A stretch of DNA of 44,377 nucleotides from assembly GCF_019242355.1 (NCBI RefSeq), contig NZ_JAFAVR010000065.1, positions 1-44,377 of the forward strand. Reading direction: 5' to 3'. The DNA is from Sphingomonas sp. Its GTDB lineage: Bacteria > Pseudomonadota > Alphaproteobacteria > Sphingomonadales > Sphingomonadaceae. Positions 19,301-28,767 of this stretch are shown piece after piece. Position 1 is the stretch's first letter, and every line of letters begins with the position of its first letter. A program made the position numbers and the translations under genes. The notes under the pieces were generated by a model. The model saw only the letters and a program-made list of their open reading frames with translations. It had not been told where the DNA came from and made no database searches.

Positions 19301-21625
19301 TCAGATCGGATGCCCGTCCGGGTCGATCAGCACCTCGCGGCGGCCGACGTGGTCGGGTTGGCCGACGAGACCGTCCTTCTCCATGCGCTCGATCAGACGT
19401 GCAGCGCTGTTGTAGCCGATGCGCAGCTGTCGCTGGATATAGGAGGTGGATGCCTTCTGGCTTTCGGCGACCGTCTGCACCGCCTTGCGGTAAAGCTGGG
19501 TCTCGGCATCGTCCTCTTGGGTCGGCTGGCCGTCGAATAGATAGCCGCCATCCTCCGGCTCCTCGGTCACGGCCTGGATGTAATCGGGCGCGCCCTGCTT
19601 GCGCCAATGCTCGGCGACAGCACGGACTTCCTCGTCGCTGACGAACGGGCCGTGGACGCGCATGATCTGCTTACCGCCGGGCATGTAGAGCATGTCGCCC
19701 TTGCCGAGCAGCTGCTCAGCGCCCTGCTCGCCAAGGATGGTGCGGCTGTCGATCTTGCTGGTTACCTGGAAGCTGATGCGGGTCGGGAGGTTGGCCTTGA
19801 TAACGCCGGTGATGACGTCGACCGACGGCCGCTGCGTCGCCATGATCAGGTGAATGCCAGCGGCGCGCGCCTTCTGTGCGAGACGCTGGATCAGGAACTC
19901 GCCCTCCTTGCCTGCAGTCATCATCAGGTCGGCGAGCTCATCAACCACCACCACGATCTGAGGCAGGACCTCGTATTCCAGTTCCTCCACCTCGTAGATC
20001 GGCTGGCCGCTGGCGGCGTCGTAGCCGGTCTGGACCCGCCGCCCGAGCTTCGAGCCCTTGGCCTTGGTTTCGCGCACCTTGGCGTTGAAGCTCGGGAGGG
20101 CGCGGACGCCGAGATTCGCCATCATGCGATAACGCTCCTCCATCTGCTCGACCGTCCACTTGAGCGCGCGAACCGCCTTACCGGGCTCGGTGACCACCGG
20201 CGCCAAGAGGTGCGGGATATCGTCATAGCTCGACAATTCCAGCATCTTGGGATCGATCATGATCAGTTTGCAGTCTTCCGGGCCGTACCGGTAGAGCAGC
20301 GACAGGATCATGCAGTTAAGCCCGACGGACTTGCCCGATCCGGTCGTTCCGGCAACCAGCAGGTGCGGCATCGGCGCGAGGTCGGCGATGACCGGGTCAC
20401 CGGCGATGTTCTTGCCGAGGATCAGCGGCAGCGACATGTTCTGGTCCTCGAACGCCTGGCTTCCGATCAGCTCGGACAGGCTCACTGCTTCCCGCTTTGG
20501 GTTGGGAAGCTCGATGCCGATGACGCTGCGCCCCGGGATGGTGGCCACGCGTGCCGAAAGAGCGGACATGTTGCGGGCGATGTCGTCGGCCAACGCGATG
20601 ACGCGGCTGGCCTTCGTGCCGCTGGCCGGCTCGAGCTCGTACATCGTGACGACCGGTCCAGGACGGACTTCGACAATTTCGCCGCGCACCTTGAAATCAT
20701 CGAGCACTGCCTCGAGTAAGCGGGCGTTGCGCTCAAGACCGGCGCGATCGATCTGCTGCTTGCCCTTCTCCGGCGGTGCGGTGAGCAGGTCCATCGTCGG
20801 CAGCTGGTAATGGTCGCCGAGTGCGAGACTCGTCTGGGCGGCCGCTTTGCGCGCTTGCGAGCGGCTCGCGGCAGCGGCCGATTTTACGGGCTCGACCACG
20901 GCAACCGAAGGACGTGAACGCGGCGGAGCAGCCGGGGCCGGGCGATCGTCGCGGATTTCGGTCGCGCGCGGCGCGGCGCGGCGCGGGCGTGGGGCCGGCA
21001 TCCGGGCGAGCCCCGCAAGCCAGCCGCGCTCCTCGTCCGCAAGGCCAAGCGCAAAGTAACCCAGCGCAAGGCCGGCAATGGCGAACAGCAGCAGCAATGT
21101 CAGGCGAAGCGGTCCGGCAATCGCGGGATTTGGGATCAGGCCGACCGCAGACGCGACCCCGTGCGCTCCCGCAAGTCCGAGGGCGCCGCCCCAGCCGCCC
21201 GGCAAGCCCGAGACCGCCGAGCCGCTCGTCAGTCCGAGCGCAACCCCGGCAAGGACGGCGCCCAGGGCAGCCAGAAGCATCCCGCGGCCGATGCGACCCG
21301 GATCGCGCAGGCGCATCATCCGCGACCCGGCGAGGGCGATGACTGGCAAGAATAGGATTGAACCCAGGCCGAAAAGCAGCAGCAGCAGGTCGCTGGCGTA
21401 GGCGCCGACGCTGCCCAGCCAGTTTGCGGGCGGTCCGCCGGCAGCCGTGCTGAGCGACGGGTCGTTAGGGCTATGGCTGGCGAGCGCGATCGCGCAAGCG
21501 ATCGCAACGCCGAGCAGAAGCAGTCCAACGGCGCGGACGAACACGCGGCGCACGGCATCGCGCAAAGCATCGCGCCAGTCGGGCGCCAGGTCGCGCTTCG
21601 AAGCGCGGGCTGCTACGGTCGCCAT
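19301..21625 (-). CDS. ftsK: DNA translocase FtsK
   Basis: N-terminal TM region with [15 protein letters not shown], Walker [42 protein letters not shown], gamma domain [14 protein letters not shown]. Confidence 0.98.
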   Translation of the reverse strand: MATVAARASKRDLAPDWRDALRDAVRRVFVRAVGLLLLGVAIACAIALASHSPNDPSLSTAAGGPPANWLGSVGAYASDLLLLLFGLGSILFLPVIALAGSRMMRLRDPGRIGRGMLLAALGAVLAGVALGLTSGSAVSGLPGGWGGALGLAGAHGVASAVGLIPNPAIAGPLRLTLLLLFAIAGLALGYFALGLADEERGWLAGLARMPAPRPRRAAPRATEIRDDRPAPAAPPRSRPSVAVVEPVKSAAAASRSQARKAAAQTSLALGDHYQLPTMDLLTAPPEKGKQQIDRAGLERNARLLEAVLDDFKVRGEIVEVRPGPVVTMYELEPASGTKASRVIALADDIARNMSALSARVATIPGRSVIGIELPNPKREAVSLSELIGSQAFEDQNMSLPLILGKNIAGDPVIADLAPMPHLLVAGTTGSGKSVGLNCMILSLLYRYGPEDCKLIMIDPKMLELSSYDDIPHLLAPVVTEPGKAVRALKWTVEQMEERYRMMANLGVRALPSFNAKVRETKAKGSKLGRRVQTGYDAASGQPIYEVEELEYEVLPQIVVVVDELADLMMTAGKEGEFLIQRLAQKARAAGIHLIMATQRPSVDVITGVIKANLPTRISFQVTSKIDSRTILGEQGAEQLLGKGDMLYMPGGKQIMRVHGPFVSDEEVRAVAEHWRKQGAPDYIQAVTEEPEDGGYLFDGQPTQEDDAETQLYRKAVQTVAESQKASTSYIQRQLRIGYNSAARLIERMEKDGLVGQPDHVGRREVLIDPDGHPI

Positions 21626-21651
21626 CTTCCACCCCGGTCAGTTACAGTCCT

Positions 21652-21680
21652 AGAATCCCCCACGCGGACTCCTCGGTCAA
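21652..21680 (-). promoter_or_regulatory. Putative sigma70 promoter of ftsK containing two GANTC sites
   Basis: Minus strand TTGACC (21680-21675), 17 nt, GATTCT (21657-21652); GANTC at 21653-21657 and 21667-21671. Confidence 0.5.
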
Positions 21681-21689
21681 GCGAACTTC

Positions 21690-21718
21690 TTGGCGTCATT
21701 GCGCCGGAGGGCTAGGAC
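21690..21718 (+). promoter_or_regulatory. Putative sigma70 promoter giving a leaderless UbiH-family mRNA
   Basis: TTGGCG, 17 nt, TAGGAC, 7 nt, ATG 21726. Confidence 0.55.
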
Positions 21719-21725
21719 GGGGGTC

Positions 21726-22937
21726 ATGGACCGGGCGGACGTCATCATCTTCGGCGGCGGGATGGTGGGCCTTGCCCTGGCTTCCGCGCTCGACTGCAGC
21801 GGCCTCACCGCGATCGTCATCGACCCCGCCGACCCTCGCCAGCATGCCAATGCTGCTTTCGACGGGCGCACGAGCGCCGTGTCGTCGAGCTCGATGCGAA
21901 TGCTGACGGCGATTGGCGTCGCCGGGCATCTCGTGCCCGGCTGTCCGATCCGGCAGATCGCGGTCGCCGATGGACTTCGACCCGGCGGGCTTCACTTCGA
22001 ACCGGATGACGATGAGCCGCTTGGCTGGATGAACGAGAACCGGCACCTTCGCGCTGCGCTCCTCGCCCGCGCCGAGACCGCGAAGAATGCGAAGTTGTTG
22101 TGGGCAGCGAAGGTCGCCGACGTCGATCGCGGCACGCATAGCGTCACGGCCTCGCTTGAGGACGGTCGAAAGGTTTCCGCTCCGCTGCTGGTCGCGGCCG
22201 ACGGACGCAACTCGCGAACGCGGGAAGAGGCGGGCATCCGCGTCGCGCGCTGGCGATACGATCATCAGGCGATCGTTTCCGTGCTCCGCCACGAGTCGGC
22301 GCACGACCATGTCGCCTATGAGATCTTCTATCCGGGCGGGCCGTTCGCCATCCTGCCGATGACTGACGACGCGGGCGGCCATCGATCAGCGATCGTCTGG
22401 TCGGTGCCGAATGCCGATGCCGCCGGCTGGCTATCGCTCAGCGACGAGGATTTCGCGGGCGAAGCGCAAGCTGCCATGGGCGAGTTCCTCGGCAAGGTCG
22501 CAATGCTCGCGCCGCGATCGTCCTATCCCCTTGGCTTCCATCACGCGGCGCAAATCACTGGCGACCGGGTGGCGCTGATCGGCGATGCTGCCCACGCCAT
22601 CCACCCGATCGCCGGGCAGGGCCTCAATCTCGGCTTTCGCGATGTCGCCGCGCTGGCGGAGGTGCTGGTCGACGGCGCCCGCCTCGGTCTCGACCTCGGC
22701 GACCGCCAGCTGCTTGACCGCTATCGGCGCTGGCGCTCGCTCGACGCCTTGTCCGTCGCCTTCGCCACGGATAGCTTGACCCGCCTCTACGGTGTGCCGG
22801 GCAAGACCGCGTCGGCGGTTCGGCGGCTTGGCATGGGCCTGGTCGACCGCATCTCCCCGCTCCGAGACAGGTTCATGGCCGAAGCTCGCGGCACTAGCGG
22901 CGATCTGCCGCTGCTTCTGCGCGGGCTGCCTATCTGA
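21726..22937 (+). CDS. UbiH/UbiL/COQ6-family FAD-dependent ubiquinone hydroxylase
   Basis: IIFGGGMVG, FDGRTSA, LLVAADGRNS, GPFAILP, LIGDAAHAIHPIAGQGLNLGFRD. Confidence 0.9.
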   Translation: MDRADVIIFGGGMVGLALASALDCSGLTAIVIDPADPRQHANAAFDGRTSAVSSSSMRMLTAIGVAGHLVPGCPIRQIAVADGLRPGGLHFEPDDDEPLGWMNENRHLRAALLARAETAKNAKLLWAAKVADVDRGTHSVTASLEDGRKVSAPLLVAADGRNSRTREEAGIRVARWRYDHQAIVSVLRHESAHDHVAYEIFYPGGPFAILPMTDDAGGHRSAIVWSVPNADAAGWLSLSDEDFAGEAQAAMGEFLGKVAMLAPRSSYPLGFHHAAQITGDRVALIGDAAHAIHPIAGQGLNLGFRDVAALAEVLVDGARLGLDLGDRQLLDRYRRWRSLDALSVAFATDSLTRLYGVPGKTASAVRRLGMGLVDRISPLRDRFMAEARGTSGDLPLLLRGLPI

Positions 22938-23573
22938 TTACTGAATTGTCGGTTCCGCCTCGACGCCGCCGCTGACCGCGGCGCGGTGGAACTGCATCAG
23001 CTGAACGAGGAGATCGGCGCGCCCGTCAAGGCTGGCCTGCTCCAGCAGCGCCTGCTTCGCGCCGACGTCGAACGGCCCAACCTGAGCGATCGAATTGACC
23101 AGCAGTTCATCGTCAAGCCGACCGACCGACTCCCAGTCGACCGCAAGGCCGAGCGCATCGCCGAGCCGCCGCGCCTCCCGCTCGACCTCTGCCCGCTCGC
23201 CGAGCGAAAGGGGCTCCGGTTCGCTGTCGTCATAAGCCGTGATATCGATCTCCGCGCACCGATAGAGCGCATCCGTCTCGCGCTCGCCCAAGACCCGGAA
23301 GCGGTTCGTGCCGTGAAGCACGATATTGTAGCGCCCGTCGTCGAGCTCCTCGACGCCGACGATGTCGCCGATGCAGCCGGCGGCGTAGAGCGGCGCCTTG
23401 TTGTCGTCGTCGAGCCGGTGCGGCTGGATCATGCCAATCCTGCCGGAGCCGTCGAGCGCATCCCGGACCATGTCGCGGTACCGCGGTTCGAAGATATGCA
23501 GCGGCAGCTGCGCGCGCGGGAACAGGATCGCTCCGGGCAACGGGAAGATCGGGACGACCAGAGCCCGGCTCAT
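22938..23573 (-). CDS. Stand-alone LON peptidase substrate-binding (N-terminal) domain protein
   Basis: PIFPLPGAILFP, LPLHIFEPRYRDMV, IGMIQP, DGRYNIVLHGTNRF, KQALLE; no ATPase or protease domain. Confidence 0.9.
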   Translation of the reverse strand: MSRALVVPIFPLPGAILFPRAQLPLHIFEPRYRDMVRDALDGSGRIGMIQPHRLDDDNKAPLYAAGCIGDIVGVEELDDGRYNIVLHGTNRFRVLGERETDALYRCAEIDITAYDDSEPEPLSLGERAEVEREARRLGDALGLAVDWESVGRLDDELLVNSIAQVGPFDVGAKQALLEQASLDGRADLLVQLMQFHRAAVSGGVEAEPTIQ

Positions 23574-24481
23574 GTGAACAGGATTGCGGAAAGCCTACGC
23601 CGCTGAGCGCTTGACCAGGGATCGCCGAGCCCCTGCGCTTCGAGGAGCTGCAGGAAGCGGATGCGCGCTGCGCCTTCGTTCCAGTCCCGATCGCGCCTGA
23701 TCAGCTCCAGCAGCGCATCGGCCGCTCCGTCGCGATCGCCGCTGCCCATCTTCGCTCCGGCAAGCTCGAACCTGGCCTCGTGATCGTCCGGATCGGCGGC
23801 CAGCCGGGCATCGAGCCCCGATGTCTCCGCGGAGGCCGGAGCCGCCGACACGAGCTCCAGCGCCGCTTTGGCCCGCGCGATTTCCGGCTTGCCGCCGAGA
23901 TCGTTGGACACCGAATTGAGCACCTCGCGCGCCTCCACGGTTTCGCCAGCGGCAATCAATGCACGCACCAGCCCGCCGATCACGTCCGGGCGTTGCGGCG
24001 CCATTTCCCGGATTTGCCGAAATACATTGACCGCGCGCGGCGCATCTCCCTCATTGAGGATCTGCTCACCCATTGCCACCAGCGGCTCGATCTCCGCCTC
24101 CGCCGCAGCGTCTTCGCCTTCAATCTTGAACTGGCCAAGCAGCTGGTCGAGCGCCTTCCTGAGCTGTCCCTCACTGCGATGGTTGGTGAGGTCAGCGACC
24201 GGCTGGCCCCGATGCATCGCGTAAACGGTCGGAATCGACTGAACCTGGAACTGCGAGGCGATGAACCGGTCCTTGTCGACGTCGATCTTGGCGAGCTTCA
24301 CGCCCTTGCCCGCATAATCTTCGGCGACCTTGTCGAGCGTCGGCGCCAGCTGCTTGCACGGCCCGCACCATTCGGCCCAGAAATCGACGATCACTAGCCC
24401 ATCCATCGACGGCGTCACGACATCGCGCTGAAAGCGCTCGACCTCTTCCCGTTCCGCTTCGCTCAAGCCCAGAGTTGCCAC
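23570..24481 (-). CDS. cnoX: Thioredoxin-TPR chaperedoxin CnoX (YbbN)
   Basis: GTG 24481 with an AGGAG SD; VDFWAEWCGPCK, VQSIPTV, TPR region, C-terminal RRRLSAILFT. Confidence 0.88.
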   Translation of the reverse strand: MATLGLSEAEREEVERFQRDVVTPSMDGLVIVDFWAEWCGPCKQLAPTLDKVAEDYAGKGVKLAKIDVDKDRFIASQFQVQSIPTVYAMHRGQPVADLTNHRSEGQLRKALDQLLGQFKIEGEDAAAEAEIEPLVAMGEQILNEGDAPRAVNVFRQIREMAPQRPDVIGGLVRALIAAGETVEAREVLNSVSNDLGGKPEIARAKAALELVSAAPASAETSGLDARLAADPDDHEARFELAGAKMGSGDRDGAADALLELIRRDRDWNEGAARIRFLQLLEAQGLGDPWSSAQRRRLSAILFT

Positions 24482-24505
24482 GCCCGATTGCTCCTTTGGC
24501 CGTTC

Positions 24506-24535
24506 ATATGGGCTAGCCGCGGATGCTCCCGCAAG
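24506..24535 (-). promoter_or_regulatory. RpoH (sigma32)-type promoter of cnoX-LON-N
   Basis: Minus strand CTTGCG, 17 nt, CCCATAT; resembles the alphaproteobacterial CTTG..CCYATAT consensus, and cnoX is a known heat-shock gene. Confidence 0.65.
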
Positions 24536-24579
24536 GGCCGCCATTGCGCGGCTGCGTCGCGCATCTACACAGTTCCGGC

Positions 24580-26028
24580 ATGACACTGGCAACTCTCGAT
24601 CGACGGCAGGTATCTCGCTGGCAATGGCGAGCGGTCTGGTTGCTCGTGGTGCTCGGCCTGGTTCTCCGCCTGGCGATGGCGCGCGGCGCGCTATGGCTCG
24701 ACGAAGCTTGGTCCGTGGTGCTCGTCCGGCAGGTGAAGCCGTTCATCGGTGTCCTTGCGCAGATCCACCACGACAACAACCATCCGCTCAACAGCTGGTG
24801 GATCCAGCTTGTCGGCCCGGGCGCCCCTGTCCTCGCGCTTCGCGGGCTGTCGATCGCCTGCTCGACCCTGACGATCCCGATCGCGGCGCGCTTCGCCGGT
24901 CGTCGCGGCGGTGGCTACGGAGCAGCCGCCGCAGCCCTGTTTGCGTTCTCGCCGATGCTGGTGCTGGTCGGCTCGGAGGCGCGCGGGTATGCGGCCGCGC
25001 TGCTGGCCGAGGCATGGCTCATCGACCGGCTCGATCCGGAGCGGCAGGGCGAAGCTCCCTCACCGCTGGTCCTGGCGACGGCCGGCTTGCTTGGGACCCT
25101 CGCTCATCTGCTGTTCTTTCCGACGCTGCTGCTCATCGCCGCCTGGCAGGTTGCGGTGCGCGACCCGGAGGAATCGCTTCGAGGGCGGCTTGGGCGAACC
25201 GTCGATCGCCTCGCGCCCGCGCTCATTGCCTCGTTCACGGTCGTCATTATCGTTGTCGGCGCGGCGTACGCGGTGCAGGGCGGAATGACGCTCGGCAGCG
25301 CGGCTCCGTTCACGTTCGCGGGCTGGGCTGGCGGCGTAAGCGAGGCGGCCGGACTTTCACTCGGGACGATCTGGCTCGCGCTGCCATTGCTCGCGCTGCT
25401 CCTGGCCACGCCGAGACCGTCCCGGGCAGACTGGACGCTATGGCTCCTCGTTGGGCTTGGCCTGCCGTTCGGAGCGCTGCTGATGCGCCCGCCGAATGCG
25501 GAGATCGCGCGCTACTACCTGCCCTCGGCTTTCGCCCTGCTGGCGCTGGCCGCGATCCGCTGCACAACCCATCGGATCGGCTGGCTCGTCCTCGCGTCCA
25601 TCGCTGCGACGATGCTGTGGCGGGACTGTGCGTTGATTGAGGCGCAGCGGAGCGAGCCCGACCTGCCCGTCCGGATCCTCGCTGCGCAGCAGGGCCGTCC
25701 GGGGGCGATAATTTTAGCCTCGTCGAGGCTGTCGGCCCCGATCGAGCTCGCCGCGGAGCGGATGGGCATGCGGCTCCGGATGGCGACTGCATGTATTCCG
25801 GCCGACTATCTGCTCGGGGACCGCGAGTGGGGCGCGGCGGCAAAGCGGGAGGTCCAGTATTGCGGCGCGGTCTGGCGCTTGCTCGCCACTCGCCCCGCTT
25901 CCTATCGCGATGGCGCCGGCTGGGCGCTTTATCGGCGGTCGGGGTTGCAAGCGCCAAAGCCCGTCGCTAATGCCCCGCGGCGCGCGGCAGACCGCGCCCA
26001 GGCCAGAGCGGGCGTAGCTCAGGGGTAG
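24580..26028 (+). CDS. Polytopic membrane GT-C-fold glycosyltransferase (PMT/ArnT/GT39-like)
   Basis: TM1 followed by ALWLDEAWS, HDNNHPL, LRGLS, FSPMLVLVGSEARGYA and many TM helices. The stop codon lies inside tRNA-Gly. Confidence 0.7.
   Translation: MTLATLDRRQVSRWQWRAVWLLVVLGLVLRLAMARGALWLDEAWSVVLVRQVKPFIGVLAQIHHDNNHPLNSWWIQLVGPGAPVLALRGLSIACSTLTIPIAARFAGRRGGGYGAAAAALFAFSPMLVLVGSEARGYAAALLAEAWLIDRLDPERQGEAPSPLVLATAGLLGTLAHLLFFPTLLLIAAWQVAVRDPEESLRGRLGRTVDRLAPALIASFTVVIIVVGAAYAVQGGMTLGSAAPFTFAGWAGGVSEAAGLSLGTIWLALPLLALLLATPRPSRADWTLWLLVGLGLPFGALLMRPPNAEIARYYLPSAFALLALAAIRCTTHRIGWLVLASIAATMLWRDCALIEAQRSEPDLPVRILAAQQGRPGAIILASSRLSAPIELAAERMGMRLRMATACIPADYLLGDREWGAAAKREVQYCGAVWRLLATRPASYRDGAGWALYRRSGLQAPKPVANAPRRAADRAQARAGVAQG
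25945..25973 (+). promoter_or_regulatory. Putative sigma70 promoter of tRNA-Gly
   Basis: TTGCAA, 17 nt, (GC)TAATGC, followed by a GC-rich discriminator; inside the upstream CDS. Confidence 0.65.
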
Positions 26029-26082
26029 AGCACAACCTTGCCAAGGTTGGGGTCGAGGGTTCGAATCCCTTCGCCCGCTCCA
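26008..26082 (+). tRNA. tRNA-Gly (GCC)
   Basis: Acceptor stem GCGGGCG/CGCCCGC, anticodon arm CAACC-TTGCCAA-GGTTG, T-loop GGTTCGAATCC, discriminator T, encoded CCA; 75 nt. Confidence 0.98.
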
Positions 26083-26207
26083 GCGCCGACCGATCCATTG
26101 GAAATGTCGAAGCGCTGGAGCGTTCCCTCGCGATTCAGCAGCGAAGTCGCGCCGCAGCCGTTGTCTTCGCAAACCCTGGCCACAATCGGCCTGGAAGGAG
26201 ACTCGAC

Positions 26208-27647
26208 ATGGCCGATCAGGCTGAACTCGCCCGCCCCGAGAGCCGCGACACGGTCCGTGCGGTCAACCCCGCGACGGATCAGCCCGGAAAGTCGTATGAG
26301 ACGACTAGCCGCGAAGAGGCTGCAGCGGCGGCCAAAGCCGCGCATTCGGCGTTCCGCGACTGGCGCGGCACCTCATTCGCCGACCGCTCGGCCGTCATCC
26401 ACAAGGCGGCCGCGATCCTCCGCTCTCGGCATGATGAGTTCGCCCGGCTGATGACTGAGGAGATGGGCAAGACGCTCGACGAGGGCCGCGCCGAGGTCGA
26501 GAAGTGCGCAGTCCATTGCGACTGGTTCGCCGATCACGCGGCCGATTATCTGGCGCGGCAGCCGGTCGACATCGGCGGCCCAGAAGCATTCGTCACTTTC
26601 AACCCGCTCGGTGTCGTGCTTGCGGTGATGCCGTGGAACTTCCCATTCTGGCAGGTCTTCCGCTTCGCCGCGCCGGCACTGATGGCCGGCAATGGCGCGC
26701 TCCTGAAGCACGCCAGCAACGTGCCGGGCTGCGCGCTCGCAATTGAGGAGGTGCTCCACCAGGCCGGCGTGCCTCGCGACCTGTTCCGGACTTTGCTGCT
26801 CCCGAGCAGCGAGGTCGAGGGCCTGATCAAGGACGAAAATATCGCCGCCGTTACCCTGACCGGGAGCGTCGCCGCAGGCAAAAGCGTCGCAATGGCCGCC
26901 GGTAGCGTCCTCAAGAAATGCGTGCTCGAGCTCGGCGGCTCGGATGCCTACCTCGTGCTCGAAGACGTGGACGTCGAAGCGGCGGCGAAAGTCGCCGCGA
27001 CCGCCCGCATGGTCAACGGCGGCCAGAGCTGCATTGCCGGCAAGCGCTTCATCGTCGTCCGCTCGGTCCTTGATGCCTTCGAGCAGGCGGTGGTCGAGGA
27101 AATGCGCGGCTATGAAATGGGCGACCCCACGCAGAAGGGCACGAAGCTTGGGCCCATGCAGAGCGTGAAGGCGCGAGACGAGATTCATCGCCAGGTCACC
27201 GACAGCGTTCGCGCCGGGGCGCGACTCCTGCTTGGCGGCCACGTTCCCGAGCGGCAAGGTGCCTGGTATCCAGCGACGGTGCTGACCGACGTGCGCGCCG
27301 GACAGCCCGCGCATGACGAGGAAGTGTTCGGGCCGGTCGCCGCAATCATCGCCGCAGAGGACGAGGCCCACGCCATCCGGATCGCGAACGCCAGCGAGTT
27401 TGGCCTCGGCTCCGGCGTGCTCACTCGCGACGTCGACCGCGGCCGTCGAATCGCCTCCGAGGAGCTCGAGGCGGGGCTCTGCTTCGTCAACGAGAACGTT
27501 CGTTCCGACCCGCGCATGCCGTTCGGCGGAGTCAAGCATTCGGGCTTCGGTCGAGAGTGCGCCGACTATGGCATCCGCGAGTTCGTCAACATCAAGAGCG
27601 TGCACGTGCGACCGCTCGAAGACGCCGCCCACAACCGGGTGGAATGA
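26208..27647 (+). CDS. NAD(P)-dependent succinate-semialdehyde dehydrogenase-like aldehyde dehydrogenase (Sad/GabD1 type)
   Basis: AGGAG SD; VMPWNFPFWQ, LLKHAS, LTGSVAAG, LELGGSD, catalytic GQSC, EEVFGPV, PFGGVKHSGFGRE. Confidence 0.9.
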   Translation: MADQAELARPESRDTVRAVNPATDQPGKSYETTSREEAAAAAKAAHSAFRDWRGTSFADRSAVIHKAAAILRSRHDEFARLMTEEMGKTLDEGRAEVEKCAVHCDWFADHAADYLARQPVDIGGPEAFVTFNPLGVVLAVMPWNFPFWQVFRFAAPALMAGNGALLKHASNVPGCALAIEEVLHQAGVPRDLFRTLLLPSSEVEGLIKDENIAAVTLTGSVAAGKSVAMAAGSVLKKCVLELGGSDAYLVLEDVDVEAAAKVAATARMVNGGQSCIAGKRFIVVRSVLDAFEQAVVEEMRGYEMGDPTQKGTKLGPMQSVKARDEIHRQVTDSVRAGARLLLGGHVPERQGAWYPATVLTDVRAGQPAHDEEVFGPVAAIIAAEDEAHAIRIANASEFGLGSGVLTRDVDRGRRIASEELEAGLCFVNENVRSDPRMPFGGVKHSGFGRECADYGIREFVNIKSVHVRPLEDAAHNRVE

Positions 27648-27650
27648 TGC

Positions 27651-28733
27651 TCAGCCGCCGAACGGGTGGGTCGCGTGGTATGATTCGATTGTCGTCGTGA
27701 CGTTGCGCATCAGTTGCTGAGCACTGCCGTCACTCTTGTTCGGAACGGTCATGATCGCCACCGCATAGACGGTCCCGTCCGGCGCTGTGAGCAGGCCGAT
27801 GTCGTTGATCCCGGCGATCTGGCCGTTGAGGACCTGGCCGGTGCCGGTCTTGTGATTCCACTCCCATCCAGGCGCAAGCGCGGCCCTGACGCGCAATCCG
27901 CCGGTCTTGGTCTGGCCCATGGTCGACAGGAGCTTCGCCGTCGATTCTCGCGATAATAGCTCGCCGCTCTTGAGCGCCGCGAGGGCGTTGGCGATCGCAT
28001 GCGGCGCCGCGCCGTCATCGGGATCCCGCACATAGCGGTCGAACGCCGCCTGCCGCACCGGCATTGGAAGCGCCGTCCGCGCGTCCATGAAAGCCGTACC
28101 GATCGAATAGGCCGGATTCCAGGCAAGGCCCGCGATCTTCGACTGGAGCGCGCGCTCGCCGTCGTAGAAGCGGATGGCGCCGAGGTTCTTGCGGGCGATC
28201 ATCGCGCGTACGGTGGGCGGGCCGCCGATCGACCACAGCAGCTTGTCGTTGGCGGTATTGTCGCTTTGCGTGATCGCCGCGAACAACAGGTCACCGATGG
28301 TAATCGACTGAACGCTTCCGGCGAGGATCTGGTCGCCGAGCGGCTGGTGGAACAGGGTCATGTCGCCGCGGGTCAGCGGCACCCGCTGATCCAGGCTGAC
28401 CTCGCCGCGATCGACCGCATCCAAGGTCGCAAGCGCCACCCACAGCTTGGAGCAGCTCTGCTGCGGGAACAGCATCCGCGCGTTCCAGCCGGCTTCCCAG
28501 TCACTGCCGAGCGATACGATGGCGATGCCGGCCTTGCCGTCGAAACTGCGTCCGAGCTCGGCAATCTGATCATTGAGGATCGAAGGCGCGGCTGCCCGGT
28601 CGCGGTGCACCTCACGCCTCGCCGGGGCTGACTTGCCGGGCCGACCCGGGATTTGGGTCGTCGCGCAACCACCGGCAGCAGTCACCGCGGCAAGCGCAAC
28701 GGCAAGCCCGACCTGCCTGCGAAAGGCCCTCAT
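27651..28733 (-). CDS. Class A beta-lactamase-like serine hydrolase, predicted lipoprotein
   Basis: Lipobox-like AGGC; SxxK (QQSCSK), SDN, a Glu in RFYDGE, and HKTG. Confidence 0.82.
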   Translation of the reverse strand: MRAFRRQVGLAVALAAVTAAGGCATTQIPGRPGKSAPARREVHRDRAAAPSILNDQIAELGRSFDGKAGIAIVSLGSDWEAGWNARMLFPQQSCSKLWVALATLDAVDRGEVSLDQRVPLTRGDMTLFHQPLGDQILAGSVQSITIGDLLFAAITQSDNTANDKLLWSIGGPPTVRAMIARKNLGAIRFYDGERALQSKIAGLAWNPAYSIGTAFMDARTALPMPVRQAAFDRYVRDPDDGAAPHAIANALAALKSGELLSRESTAKLLSTMGQTKTGGLRVRAALAPGWEWNHKTGTGQVLNGQIAGINDIGLLTAPDGTVYAVAIMTVPNKSDGSAQQLMRNVTTTIESYHATHPFGG

Positions 28734-28767
28734 GACGCAAGTTGCTCCCCTGCCGGGCGGCGGCGAA

